DNA of 64,000 nt from Candidatus Bathyarchaeota archaeon (lineage in GTDB: Archaea > Thermoproteota > Bathyarchaeia > Bathyarchaeales > Bathycorpusculaceae): the NCBI GenBank assembly GCA_963768425.1, contig CAVYHV010000014.1, forward strand, positions 288,001 to 352,000, given 5' to 3'. Positions 19,078 through 27,786 of this stretch are shown here, piece by piece. The position numbers were made by a program, and so were the translations under genes. The notes beneath the pieces were generated by a model, which did not search any database, was not told the origin of the DNA, and was given only the letters and a program-made list of their open reading frames with translations. Each line of letters begins with the position of its first letter. Position 1 is the first letter of the stretch.

Positions 19078-20803
19078 CTAGTACTTCCTCGCTTTAGGTT
19101 CAAAACGAGTAATACTCACGGGTTTATACCGAGCTTCGAGTCCGTTGGCAGTGTGGAATATGAGTGAGTGCTTAAGCCAGACTTCGTCGTTGCGGCTGGG
19201 AAAGTCGTTGCGGAAGTGAGCTCCTCGGCTTTCTTCACGTTTCAGTGCAGAATAAACGATTACTTTTGAAAGCTTCAGCATATTATCGAGCTCAAGCGCT
19301 CCCTCAAGCTCATAGTTGAAAGATTTGCCACGGTAGCTGAGACCAAGATTAGCCGCTCTACCTTGAAGTCCCTGGATCCTGCTTAGAGCCTGCTCTAACC
19401 CCACTTTGTCGCGGAAAACGCTGCATAAGTGAGTCATCACTTTCTCCATTTCCACGCGTATCTCGGCAACACGTTCCTTTCCAGTAGAAGCCAGAAGGGA
19501 ATCTATTCTTGAAAAAACCATTTGCTCAGCATCTGCGTCAAGAGGGGTTTGAGAGGTTTCGCCGACATAATTCGCAATGTGCAGTCCGGCCCGTTTTCCG
19601 AAAACAACCAGATCAACCAACGAATTTGTTCCAAGCCTGTTGGCTCCATGAACACTTACGCATGCACATTCACCCGCCGCATACAACCCAGGAATGACAG
19701 CGGATTTTTCATCTGCAAGGACGCGTGCTTGAGCGTCAGTGGGGATGCCGCCCATCATGTAGTGACAGGTTGGCGCAACAGGAATCGGCGATTCGCTAGC
19801 GTCTATACCTAAGTAGGTCTTGACGAACGATGTGACCTCCGAGAGTTTCTGCTGCAACTGATCTTTGCCAAGATGCGTTAAATCCAAGTAAACGTAGTCT
19901 GAGCCTTCGATACCTCTGCCTTCGGCGACTTCGGTTAAAATGGCTCTGGAAATGATGTCTCTTGGCGCCAGGTCCTTCAGCGACGGCGCGTAACGTTCCA
20001 TAAACCGCTCGCCCTTGCCGTTACGCAACACGCCGCCTTCAGCTCGAGCCGCTTCGCTGACCAAGATGCCTAAACCGTGAATCCCAGTTGGATGGAATTG
20101 AACGAACTCCATATCTTCAAGCGGAACCCCCGCTTCAAAAGCCAAAGCGAAGCCATCTCCCGTAGCGGCAAAAGACATAGAAGTCGTTTGAAAGATTCTG
20201 CCGCAGCCCCCCGTAGCTAACAAAACTGCTTTCGCATGAAAAACCACCGATTCGCCCGTCGCCAACTCGTATCCCGAAACGCCGCAGCATCGTCCTTAAG
20301 GCATCAGAAGCGAGGTAACAAAGACTTCGTTGAATATTTTTACGCCTCGAACCATGCAGTGGTCGTAGAGCGTGTCCATAATAACGCGCCCCGTCCTGTC
20401 AGATGCATAGCAAGCCCTCTTCACAGGCGCCTCCCCGAAGTTTCTGGTGTGCCCTCCAAATCGTCGCTGCTCAATTGTTCCTTTCTCGTTGCGGCTGAAG
20501 GGTACGCCAAGATGCTCCAGCTCAATCACTCTCTCAGGGGCTTCCCGAGCCAGAATTTCAGCCATATCCTGGTCTGCCAAGTAGTCGCTTCCTTTCACTG
20601 TGTCAAACATGTGCCATTCCCAGTGGTCTTCCTCCTCATTTCCAAGAGCCGCCGCAATACCGCCTTGAGCCGCTCCACTGTGACTTCGAGAAGCATACAC
20701 CTTGCTGATGACAGCTACGTTGCAGGTTTCTGACGCCGTCAAGGGCAGCAGTCATGCCAGCAATGCCTGCGCCAACGATCACCACATCAAATTCATGAAT
20801 CAT
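19078..20803 (-). CDS. sdhA: succinate dehydrogenase/fumarate reductase flavoprotein (two frameshifts)
   Basis: DVVIVGAGIAG, RSHSGAAQGG (FAD-His), QFHPTG, HYMMGG, HGANRLGTNSL, ESRGAHFR across ORFs 20636-20824, 20296-20742, 19078-20265. Confidence 0.92.
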
Positions 20804-21923
20804 GCCTTTTTCCGTCCTGTTCACTGAAGAATAGGATATCCCGGTTGACTTCTGAGAGCGAGTCGCAACTTGTCATAACCATAGCCATCCGCAAATCACT
20901 CTTCACATAGTTGATGTACATTGCCACAGCTTCGGGTCCGCCTGCAAGGCTCATCCACGCAAGTGGTCTTCCAATCAACGCCACATCCGCTCCCAACGCC
21001 AGAAGCTTAAGAACATCGAAACCTGTTCTTACCGCGCCATCAGCCATTATAGTGATTTTGCCTTTGAACTTGTCAACGATTTCCGGCAGGACCTCCGCTA
21101 CGCCTTTTCCGCAATCCATTACTCTGCCGCCGTGGTTACTGACATCAAGCGCTTTTGCTCCGGAATCAGCCACTTTGCCCGCGTCCTCCACATTCATGAT
21201 GCCCTTGAAGATGACGGGTTTTTCTGTGGCGTCGACTAGTTCTTTGAGATCACTTTCGCTTTTACGGTAAAGTGGCTTGCCTCTCAGCGCCCAGTTAGTT
21301 GAGCCGTAGCCATCTAAGTCAACGCCGATAGCTAATACGTCGGCATCTTCACAACGCTTAAACAGATTTAGAAGACGCTCTTGCGACTGCGGTTTGAAAA
21401 CAGGGATGCCCCAGCCGCCGATCCCGCCAATAACATCTATCCCAGGATGGTCAGGTGCATCAACGGTGTTTCCGCTTAACCCGATGGTGCCTGCCTGCTT
21501 AGCGCCTTCCACCATGCCACGCTGGAATTCCTCTTCACTCAACGCGTTATTCATGCTTATCAGTGTCCCGCTTATGCTTGTCGCCAACACGGGTAAAGAA
21601 ATGCGGTTACCCAGAAAAGTTGTTTCTAATTTTGGTTCGCGATGCTCTTTGATGACTTGCATCTTGAGCGTGTATCGTGAAAGAGCTTGAAAGTTTGCGC
21701 TCCAAGTTTTGCCCTGACCTGCGCCTCCGAAACCGATGGGTTTCCCGTACTTCATTCCTTGGCAAAGCCTATCAGGGTCTCCATCGCACACTTTGTTTAC
21801 AGCGCAGACCTTCGAGAGTTGTTTTCTGGCGATGTCCCGATAGTAGGATATGTCTTTTAGAGGTTTTTCATTTGTCGATGGATAGTGTTCTTTCGTATTT
21901 TTCCCTTGCAGATATGAATTCAT
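20793..21923 (-). CDS. FMN-dependent alpha-hydroxy acid dehydrogenase/oxidase
   Basis: KGIM, DVSNHGGR, DGAVRTGFDVLK.LALGA, IGRP; N-terminal Cys cluster. Confidence 0.9.
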   Translation of the reverse strand: MNSYLQGKNTKEHYPSTNEKPLKDISYYRDIARKQLSKVCAVNKVCDGDPDRLCQGMKYGKPIGFGGAGQGKTWSANFQALSRYTLKMQVIKEHREPKLETTFLGNRISLPVLATSISGTLISMNNALSEEEFQRGMVEGAKQAGTIGLSGNTVDAPDHPGIDVIGGIGGWGIPVFKPQSQERLLNLFKRCEDADVLAIGVDLDGYGSTNWALRGKPLYRKSESDLKELVDATEKPVIFKGIMNVEDAGKVADSGAKALDVSNHGGRVMDCGKGVAEVLPEIVDKFKGKITIMADGAVRTGFDVLKLLALGADVALIGRPLAWMSLAGGPEAVAMYINYVKSDLRMAMVMTSCDSLSEVNRDILFFSEQDGKRHDS

Positions 21924-22090
21924 TGTTCATTTATTTCTTTCAGGTTGCCTTTCCAGTGCCCGCAGACCGGGCATCGCCAAGTTTGAGGAATTCCCTCCAA
22001 TTTCATGCTTGGCGGCAGCTCTGCTACTAAGTCGCCTTTTTCATCATCAAACGTAAAGCTCCTGCAGAACTCACACATAAACTTCAACAA
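21920..22090 (-). CDS. rubredoxin
   Basis: CEFC...FDDEKGD...PQTWRCPVCG; start uncertain. Confidence 0.85.
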   Translation of the reverse strand: MLKFMCEFCRSFTFDDEKGDLVAELPPSMKLEGIPQTWRCPVCGHWKGNLKEINEQ

Positions 22091-22266
22091 TAACACCGAG
22101 CAAAACTGATTTTGGGTCACTGTGCCCTGATTAATTCCAAGTTTATCGTTTCTAAAAAACTTTTGCAACTCAGCGGTAAGAGCACTATCCTTTGGAAACC
22201 CTTAAATCGTTGCCTCAAACCCATTGTTAATGATGATGTTTTTCATCTTTTTCTTAAAAAGAAGGC

Positions 22267-23124
22267 TTGTTTATGAATGGAAAGGATTTTGCTTTTGATT
22301 TTGTAAAAATTGATATGCCACCTGAGAGACCGAGAAACTCTGGTATAATAGAGTTTAGAGGACCGTACTATAACTCGGTCAGTTACGGCTTCTTGAAAGA
22401 TTTGCTTGATGATTGGTCGTTTTACGTTGACGGGTTCAAGTTTGCCGGCGGCTCGATGAGGCTACTTCCTAGGGCAAGAGTACGCCAAATTATTGGGGCA
22501 TGCCATGAGCATGGGCTTTATGTTTCCACCGGGGGATTTGTTGAGCGGGTAATTGTTCAAGGAAGCGAAACAGTTGACAACTATCTTGATGAATGTAGGC
22601 AGTTGGGGTTTGACGTTGTCGAAGTTTCAAGCGGTCTTGCACCGATTTCTCTGGAAGACAAACTGAAGATTATGAGCCAGGTTCAAAAGTTAGGCATGAA
22701 GCCTAAACCCGAGGTTACAATGATGATTGGGGCAGGTGCGGGCACACACATCGCTGGGTACGAGGCAGGCATGAAGCTGCGAAGCTTTGACGAGTTCTCA
22801 GAAGAAGTATCGACCCACCTCAAAGCAGGCGCAGAAATGATAATGATAGAATCCGAAGGTTTAACCGAAGATTTGCCGCCTGAACAATGGAAAACTGATG
22901 TCATCAAGAAAATCGTAGACAAGTTCGGAACCAAAAATCTGATGTTTGAAGCTGCGGATCCTCCGGTGTTCAAGTGGTACCTCAAAAACTTCGGCAAAGA
23001 CGTGAATTTGTTTATCGATTACTCGCAGATAGTCGAGTTCACCGCTTGGAAAACTAAGCTTTGGGGAGACCCTGAAATCTGGTTGGGAAAACCCGTTAAA
23101 TATAATAAGAACAAAAATCGATAA
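22267..23124 (+). CDS. phosphosulfolactate synthase (ComA) family, HSA32-like subgroup
   Basis: VDGFKFAGGS, HEHGLYVSTGG, LGFDVVEVSSG, MIESEG, MFEA, VNLF. Confidence 0.85.
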   Translation: MFMNGKDFAFDFVKIDMPPERPRNSGIIEFRGPYYNSVSYGFLKDLLDDWSFYVDGFKFAGGSMRLLPRARVRQIIGACHEHGLYVSTGGFVERVIVQGSETVDNYLDECRQLGFDVVEVSSGLAPISLEDKLKIMSQVQKLGMKPKPEVTMMIGAGAGTHIAGYEAGMKLRSFDEFSEEVSTHLKAGAEMIMIESEGLTEDLPPEQWKTDVIKKIVDKFGTKNLMFEAADPPVFKWYLKNFGKDVNLFIDYSQIVEFTAWKTKLWGDPEIWLGKPVKYNKNKNR

Positions 23125-23195
23125 GGAAAAACAAAAAAGTGAGGCGGTTTCCACCGCAACGAACTCTGTCTCCAGATTTTTGAGTCAATGAAGTG

Positions 23196-24560
23196 CTAAG
23201 TGAAGACCAAATTCTCCGTCAACTTTCGAGCATCAATATTCTCCAGATGTGCCACCGCGTCCATAATTTCCTTTTTTCTCGCCTCTTCAACGAACATAGA
23301 GACAAGGGATGAAAACTTCTCAGTTGCATCGGCCCAGCTCATCGGCCGCGTTAAGAACCCTTCATAATCGTCAACCGCTTTGGTTAGGGTTTTCCCGTTT
23401 TTTAGGCGGATTGTTATTTCACAGGGCATGGCGTTTGGAAATCTCTTGCTTAACTCAGATGAAGGGACAATCTGGACCTTCTTTAAGAGAGCCTGCACAT
23501 CGCTCCTCATTACTCTTTGGGGCAAATATTGCTCCGGGGTAACCTTGCCATCGATTAAGGCAGCTGAGAGAATATATGGGAGACTATGATCTGCTTCCTC
23601 TTTCGTTCGGACCAGCTTTTTTTCGCCCTCTTCGCCGCCCCCAATAATCTTGTAAGCAACATCGAAAATGCGCACGTCAATTGAATCTGCATCTTGAACT
23701 CTGAGACCCTGCTTTCTTAACGATAGAATGCAATCTATAGCGGATTGGGAATGTATTTCAGCATTGTATTTCTTCAGAATGGTGCGGTTCACTGCCTCAA
23801 GGTTCTCTTTTTTCCAGTCAATCTCGAAGCGCCCGGCAATAGAATCCATGAAGCCTTTGTTGCCTTCAAAAACTTCCAGCGGACCAGTGATTCCCTCGCT
23901 GGCCAGAAAAGTGGCGTGTAAAGCACAGGAAGCCATGAATGGGTATGCGATGCCTTTCCAGTTGGAGAGTTTCCCGGTTCTTGTGACACGAAGTGCGTTC
24001 AAGGATGTACCGCTGATGGCGATGGAGTTAGCGGTTTTGGCGGTGTCAAGCCTCAACGCTTTGGATACGCCCGCAGCTACAGCGTAGGCTCCCTGAGTCA
24101 CATGGTCAAAGCCTTTGTCTCTTACAGGTGCAACCTCGCTTAAACGGCATTGAACCTGATAAGCCACAGCCAAAGCAACCAAAAATTCTTTCCCCGATGC
24201 ACCAGCATACTCTGAAGCAGCCAGAACTGAAGCGAGATTGTCGCTTGGGTGACATGTTTCTCCTTTTGAGAGGAAACTGTCGTTAAAATCTAGGTACCTA
24301 ACTAGCGTGCTATTTATCAGGGTAGCGCGATCCGGAGCGGTTTTGGCTCCACCTATCAAAGTGCACAGAGGCAGTCCCCCGAACTCGCTTTCGACCTTAC
24401 GTATGGACTTTACAGGTTGGCTTTGCAATGCTCCTATGGCGCAACCAAACGAATCAAGAACCCTGATTTTTAGCTGCTCAACGGCTTTGCTTGACAGGTC
24501 CTCAAACCTGGACGCATGCACAAATTCAGCAAGTCCTTCAACACATGTCAATTGTAACAA
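23196..24560 (-). CDS. prpD: MmgE/PrpD family (2-methylcitrate dehydratase-like)
   Basis: RYLDFNDSF...CHPSDN, LSNWKG, EADHSLPY. Confidence 0.88.
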   Translation of the reverse strand: MLQLTCVEGLAEFVHASRFEDLSSKAVEQLKIRVLDSFGCAIGALQSQPVKSIRKVESEFGGLPLCTLIGGAKTAPDRATLINSTLVRYLDFNDSFLSKGETCHPSDNLASVLAASEYAGASGKEFLVALAVAYQVQCRLSEVAPVRDKGFDHVTQGAYAVAAGVSKALRLDTAKTANSIAISGTSLNALRVTRTGKLSNWKGIAYPFMASCALHATFLASEGITGPLEVFEGNKGFMDSIAGRFEIDWKKENLEAVNRTILKKYNAEIHSQSAIDCILSLRKQGLRVQDADSIDVRIFDVAYKIIGGGEEGEKKLVRTKEEADHSLPYILSAALIDGKVTPEQYLPQRVMRSDVQALLKKVQIVPSSELSKRFPNAMPCEITIRLKNGKTLTKAVDDYEGFLTRPMSWADATEKFSSLVSMFVEEARKKEIMDAVAHLENIDARKLTENLVFT

Positions 24561-24674
24561 GTCTCCTTACAACAGTCCAATTTAGTTAAACTTGATTGAC
24601 GCAATAAACTTAGCCCTCCAAAGCACACTTCGTTAGCCTAAAAAAATTCTTATTCAACGAAAACAAGTTAGCTA

Positions 24675-25838
24675 GTGATTATTTTGAATTTAACAGAGTA
24701 CGAAGCAAAACAAGTTTTCTTCAATTATGGTATTCCGATTCCGAAAGGAACTTTAATTTCTGAATCCAAGCAAACCAAAGATAACATGAACAGTTTAAAG
24801 CCGCCATACATGGTTAAAGCGCAAGTTCCAGCAGGTGGAAGGGGAAAAGCTGGAGGAATTATATCTGTTTCATCAGTACACGAGGCAGAACAAGCCGCTG
24901 CCAAACTTCTTGGAACACAAATCAAGAACCTTCTTGTAAAGCAAGTCCTAATCGAGGAAAAGCTCCCGGTAAAAAAGGAGTTGTATCTGGGAATCACAGT
25001 TGACCGCTTTAACCGTTGTTATGTTGCCTTGGCTTCTGCGGTGGGTGGCGTGGAAATCGAGGAAGTCGCCGAGAAAACTCCCGAAGCAATCTTCAGAGAC
25101 AGGGTGGATTCTCAGCTGGGCATGCCTTCTTTTCAGGCATTAGCGATCGCGAAACAATTAGGTTATAGCGGCAGCCAGCTCTTAGAATTAGTAACTGTTA
25201 TTCAGAAACTTTTTCGAGCGTGTGTTGAAAGCGACGCTGAAACGACGGAGATTAATCCTTTGGTGGAAACGGTAGCGGGAGGTTTTGTGGCTGCTGACGC
25301 TCGCATGGTTATTGATGATAATGCCCTGTTTAGGCATCCAGAGTATGAGGCAAAGCAAGTTCAATCGCTCTCGCCTGACGATACTTTAGCTTTGAAACAC
25401 AGTTTAGCTTACGTTAAACTTGACGGCGACATAGGCGTTGTCGGCAACGGCGCTGGGTTGGTTATGGCAACGCTTGATTTGTTGATTTTTTTCGGTGGCA
25501 AACCAGCAAATTTCTTAGATGTAGGCGGCGGAGCAAGCACGGAAGCAATCACTGCGGCTTTAGTAATAGTTCTTGGTGACTCAGCTACAAAAGCCGTTTT
25601 AGTCAACGTTCTGGGTGGAATAACGCGTTGTGACGATGTAGCAAGAGGCATAGTTGAAGCTATCAAAGAAACTAATTCAAAGAAGCCAGTGGTTGTTAGG
25701 CTTGTTGGCACGAACCAGCTGGAAGGACAAAAAATTCTCATCGACACTGGAATATCCGTTTTGGGCAGCATGGAGGAAGCAGCAAAGCTGGCAGTTGCGT
25801 ATGCGGCGGAGGGAAGCGGTAATGGGGATTTTGGTTGA
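24675..25838 (+). CDS. sucC: succinyl-CoA ligase (ADP-forming) beta subunit
   Basis: VKAQVPAGGRGKAGG, DDNALFRH, GNGAGLVMATLD, PANFLDVGGGA. Confidence 0.96.
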   Translation: MIILNLTEYEAKQVFFNYGIPIPKGTLISESKQTKDNMNSLKPPYMVKAQVPAGGRGKAGGIISVSSVHEAEQAAAKLLGTQIKNLLVKQVLIEEKLPVKKELYLGITVDRFNRCYVALASAVGGVEIEEVAEKTPEAIFRDRVDSQLGMPSFQALAIAKQLGYSGSQLLELVTVIQKLFRACVESDAETTEINPLVETVAGGFVAADARMVIDDNALFRHPEYEAKQVQSLSPDDTLALKHSLAYVKLDGDIGVVGNGAGLVMATLDLLIFFGGKPANFLDVGGGASTEAITAALVIVLGDSATKAVLVNVLGGITRCDDVARGIVEAIKETNSKKPVVVRLVGTNQLEGQKILIDTGISVLGSMEEAAKLAVAYAAEGSGNGDFG

Positions 25839-26718
25839 TTCTGGAACGAGAGCGATTGTTCAAGGCGCAACGGGCAAACAGGGCAGCTACCAAACTAGGC
25901 TAATGCTTGACTATGGCACGAAAATTGTGGCAGGAGTTGTGCCTGGCAAAGGCGGAACATTGGTAAACGGATTGCCCGTTTTTGATACAGTAAGTGAAAC
26001 AGTCGATGCCTATTCTCCCAATGCCTCAATAATTTTTGTGCCAGCGCCATTTGCGAAAGACGCTGTTTTGGAAGCAGCCGCCAGCAAAATCGAAACAGTC
26101 GTAGTAATCACTGAACATCTGCCAATAAGAGACACTATTAGCAGCTTAGGATACGCGGCTCATTCGAATGTCACGGTTGTTGGTCCGAACACGCCGGGAA
26201 TCATTACGCCCGGTGAATGCAAACTTGGAATAATGCCAGCAGACGTTTTTGCACCGGGAAGTATTGGTCTTGTTTCGAGAAGCGGAACTTTAACCTACGA
26301 AATAGCAGCCAGTCTCACAGCCAATGGTTTGGGTCAGTCGACCTGCCTTGGCGTCGGTGGCGACCCCGTCGTGGGCTTAAACTTCATTGACGCATTAGAA
26401 CTATTCAAAGCTGACCCGAAAACGAAAGCGGTGGTTTTAATCGGTGAAATCGGCGGGAACATGGAAGAGCTGACAGCAGAATATATCGCCCAGACGCGTT
26501 ACCCTAAGCCGGTTGTGGCTTACGTGGCCGGTCGCTTTGCGCCTGAAGGCAAGAGGATGGGTCACGCGGGAGCTATAATTACTGGAAAACAGGGAACGGC
26601 TCAAAGCAAGATTGACGCCTTTTTAAGTTCGGGTGTTAAGGTTGCTGAGAAGCCAAGCGACGTTGCAGCCATTTTGGCAACAGAAGTTGAGACACAAAAA
26701 CAAGTTGCCGATAGCTGA
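25822..26718 (+). CDS. sucD: succinyl-CoA ligase alpha subunit
   Basis: VQGATGKQGS, GPNTPG, SRSGTLTYE, MGHAGA (phospho-His). Confidence 0.96.
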   Translation: MGILVDSGTRAIVQGATGKQGSYQTRLMLDYGTKIVAGVVPGKGGTLVNGLPVFDTVSETVDAYSPNASIIFVPAPFAKDAVLEAAASKIETVVVITEHLPIRDTISSLGYAAHSNVTVVGPNTPGIITPGECKLGIMPADVFAPGSIGLVSRSGTLTYEIAASLTANGLGQSTCLGVGGDPVVGLNFIDALELFKADPKTKAVVLIGEIGGNMEELTAEYIAQTRYPKPVVAYVAGRFAPEGKRMGHAGAIITGKQGTAQSKIDAFLSSGVKVAEKPSDVAAILATEVETQKQVADS

Positions 26719-26829
26719 ACTGTCGAGTACAAGTGCTCGGTCGGGTTCCAAAAGATTTATCTTTAAACCTAAACAGAACTATTATATGATTGCCAAGTTG
26801 TTGGCAGTTTTTTGCAGCGAGCTGTCTTT

Positions 26830-27786
26830 ATGAGCCAGAATAACCCGAAAAAATTTAGTGCTGAAGACCTTAAGCAATTCGATGGGTCAAATGGAAAACC
26901 ATTGTATGTTGTTTTCAAGGGAAAAGTTTACGACCTTACAACCAGCCCGCTTTGGCTTCAGGGTACGCACATGGGCATGCATAACAAAAATGACGACTTA
27001 ACTGAAGCAATAAAAACTGCCCCACATACTGAGGATAACGTTTTCAGATTCCCGTATGTTGGAGAAATAGCCGAGCCCGTTTTGAAGGCGCCACCGCCTC
27101 TTCCACTTGAAGAGCAAAAGCCTGTCCAACTACAGGTGCAGTCCCCACCGAACGCTGCGGGAGTCATGGAGAGGCGTACTTTCCTGAAACTTGCAGCTGC
27201 GACTGGGGGAGCAATCACTATAGCCGCGTTGCTTTCAACTTTGAAGGCAGGAACATTTGTGCCCCCTCCAACCACAACGACAGCGTGGCCAATAGTCACT
27301 GTTACAAACCTAAGCAAACTGACAAACCTCGTGCCGGTTGTGTTTTATTACCCATTAACCAGCACTCCGAACTACCTTGTAAAACTGGGCGTGGCCGCCA
27401 CAGGCGGCATCGGACCAGAAAATGACATCGTGGCTTTCAGCGCGATTTGTCAACATTTAGGATGCGAATATGGCTTTGTTGCTCCAGGTGGCTCACCTCC
27501 CTGCAACTCAGGGTACAAGGCAGTTATGCCCATGGGCTACTGCTGTTGTCACGGTTCACAGTACGATTTCGTTCACGGCGCGAAAGTAATTGGCGGTCCA
27601 GCTCCACGACCTGTTCCTATGGTTCAACTGCAACTGGATACAACTACAGGAGACATAAGCGCGGTTGGGATGCAGCCGCCGACGATTTTTGGGCACGGTC
27701 CGCCGGGAACTACGAATCCAGCGTCGGTGATGCAATATGATTTACAAGGTGGAGATTTAGTGACGCAATCCACAGTTTTGGGATGA
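26830..27786 (+). CDS. cytochrome b5-like heme domain fused to Tat-anchored Rieske protein of a cytochrome bc-type complex
   Basis: N: LKQFDGSNGKPLYVVFKGKVYDLT..H..H..APH; internal MERRTFLK + TM; CQHLGC and CCCHGSQYD. Confidence 0.88.
   Translation: MSQNNPKKFSAEDLKQFDGSNGKPLYVVFKGKVYDLTTSPLWLQGTHMGMHNKNDDLTEAIKTAPHTEDNVFRFPYVGEIAEPVLKAPPPLPLEEQKPVQLQVQSPPNAAGVMERRTFLKLAAATGGAITIAALLSTLKAGTFVPPPTTTTAWPIVTVTNLSKLTNLVPVVFYYPLTSTPNYLVKLGVAATGGIGPENDIVAFSAICQHLGCEYGFVAPGGSPPCNSGYKAVMPMGYCCCHGSQYDFVHGAKVIGGPAPRPVPMVQLQLDTTTGDISAVGMQPPTIFGHGPPGTTNPASVMQYDLQGGDLVTQSTVLG

Noticed and set aside
22267-23124. Evidence for coenzyme M synthesis or methanogenesis
   Set aside because: HSA32-like motifs and no other com or mcr genes in the window.
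26830-27786. Arsenite oxidase small subunit AioB
   Set aside because: No molybdopterin AioA gene; followed by cytochrome b, so a bc-type Rieske protein.
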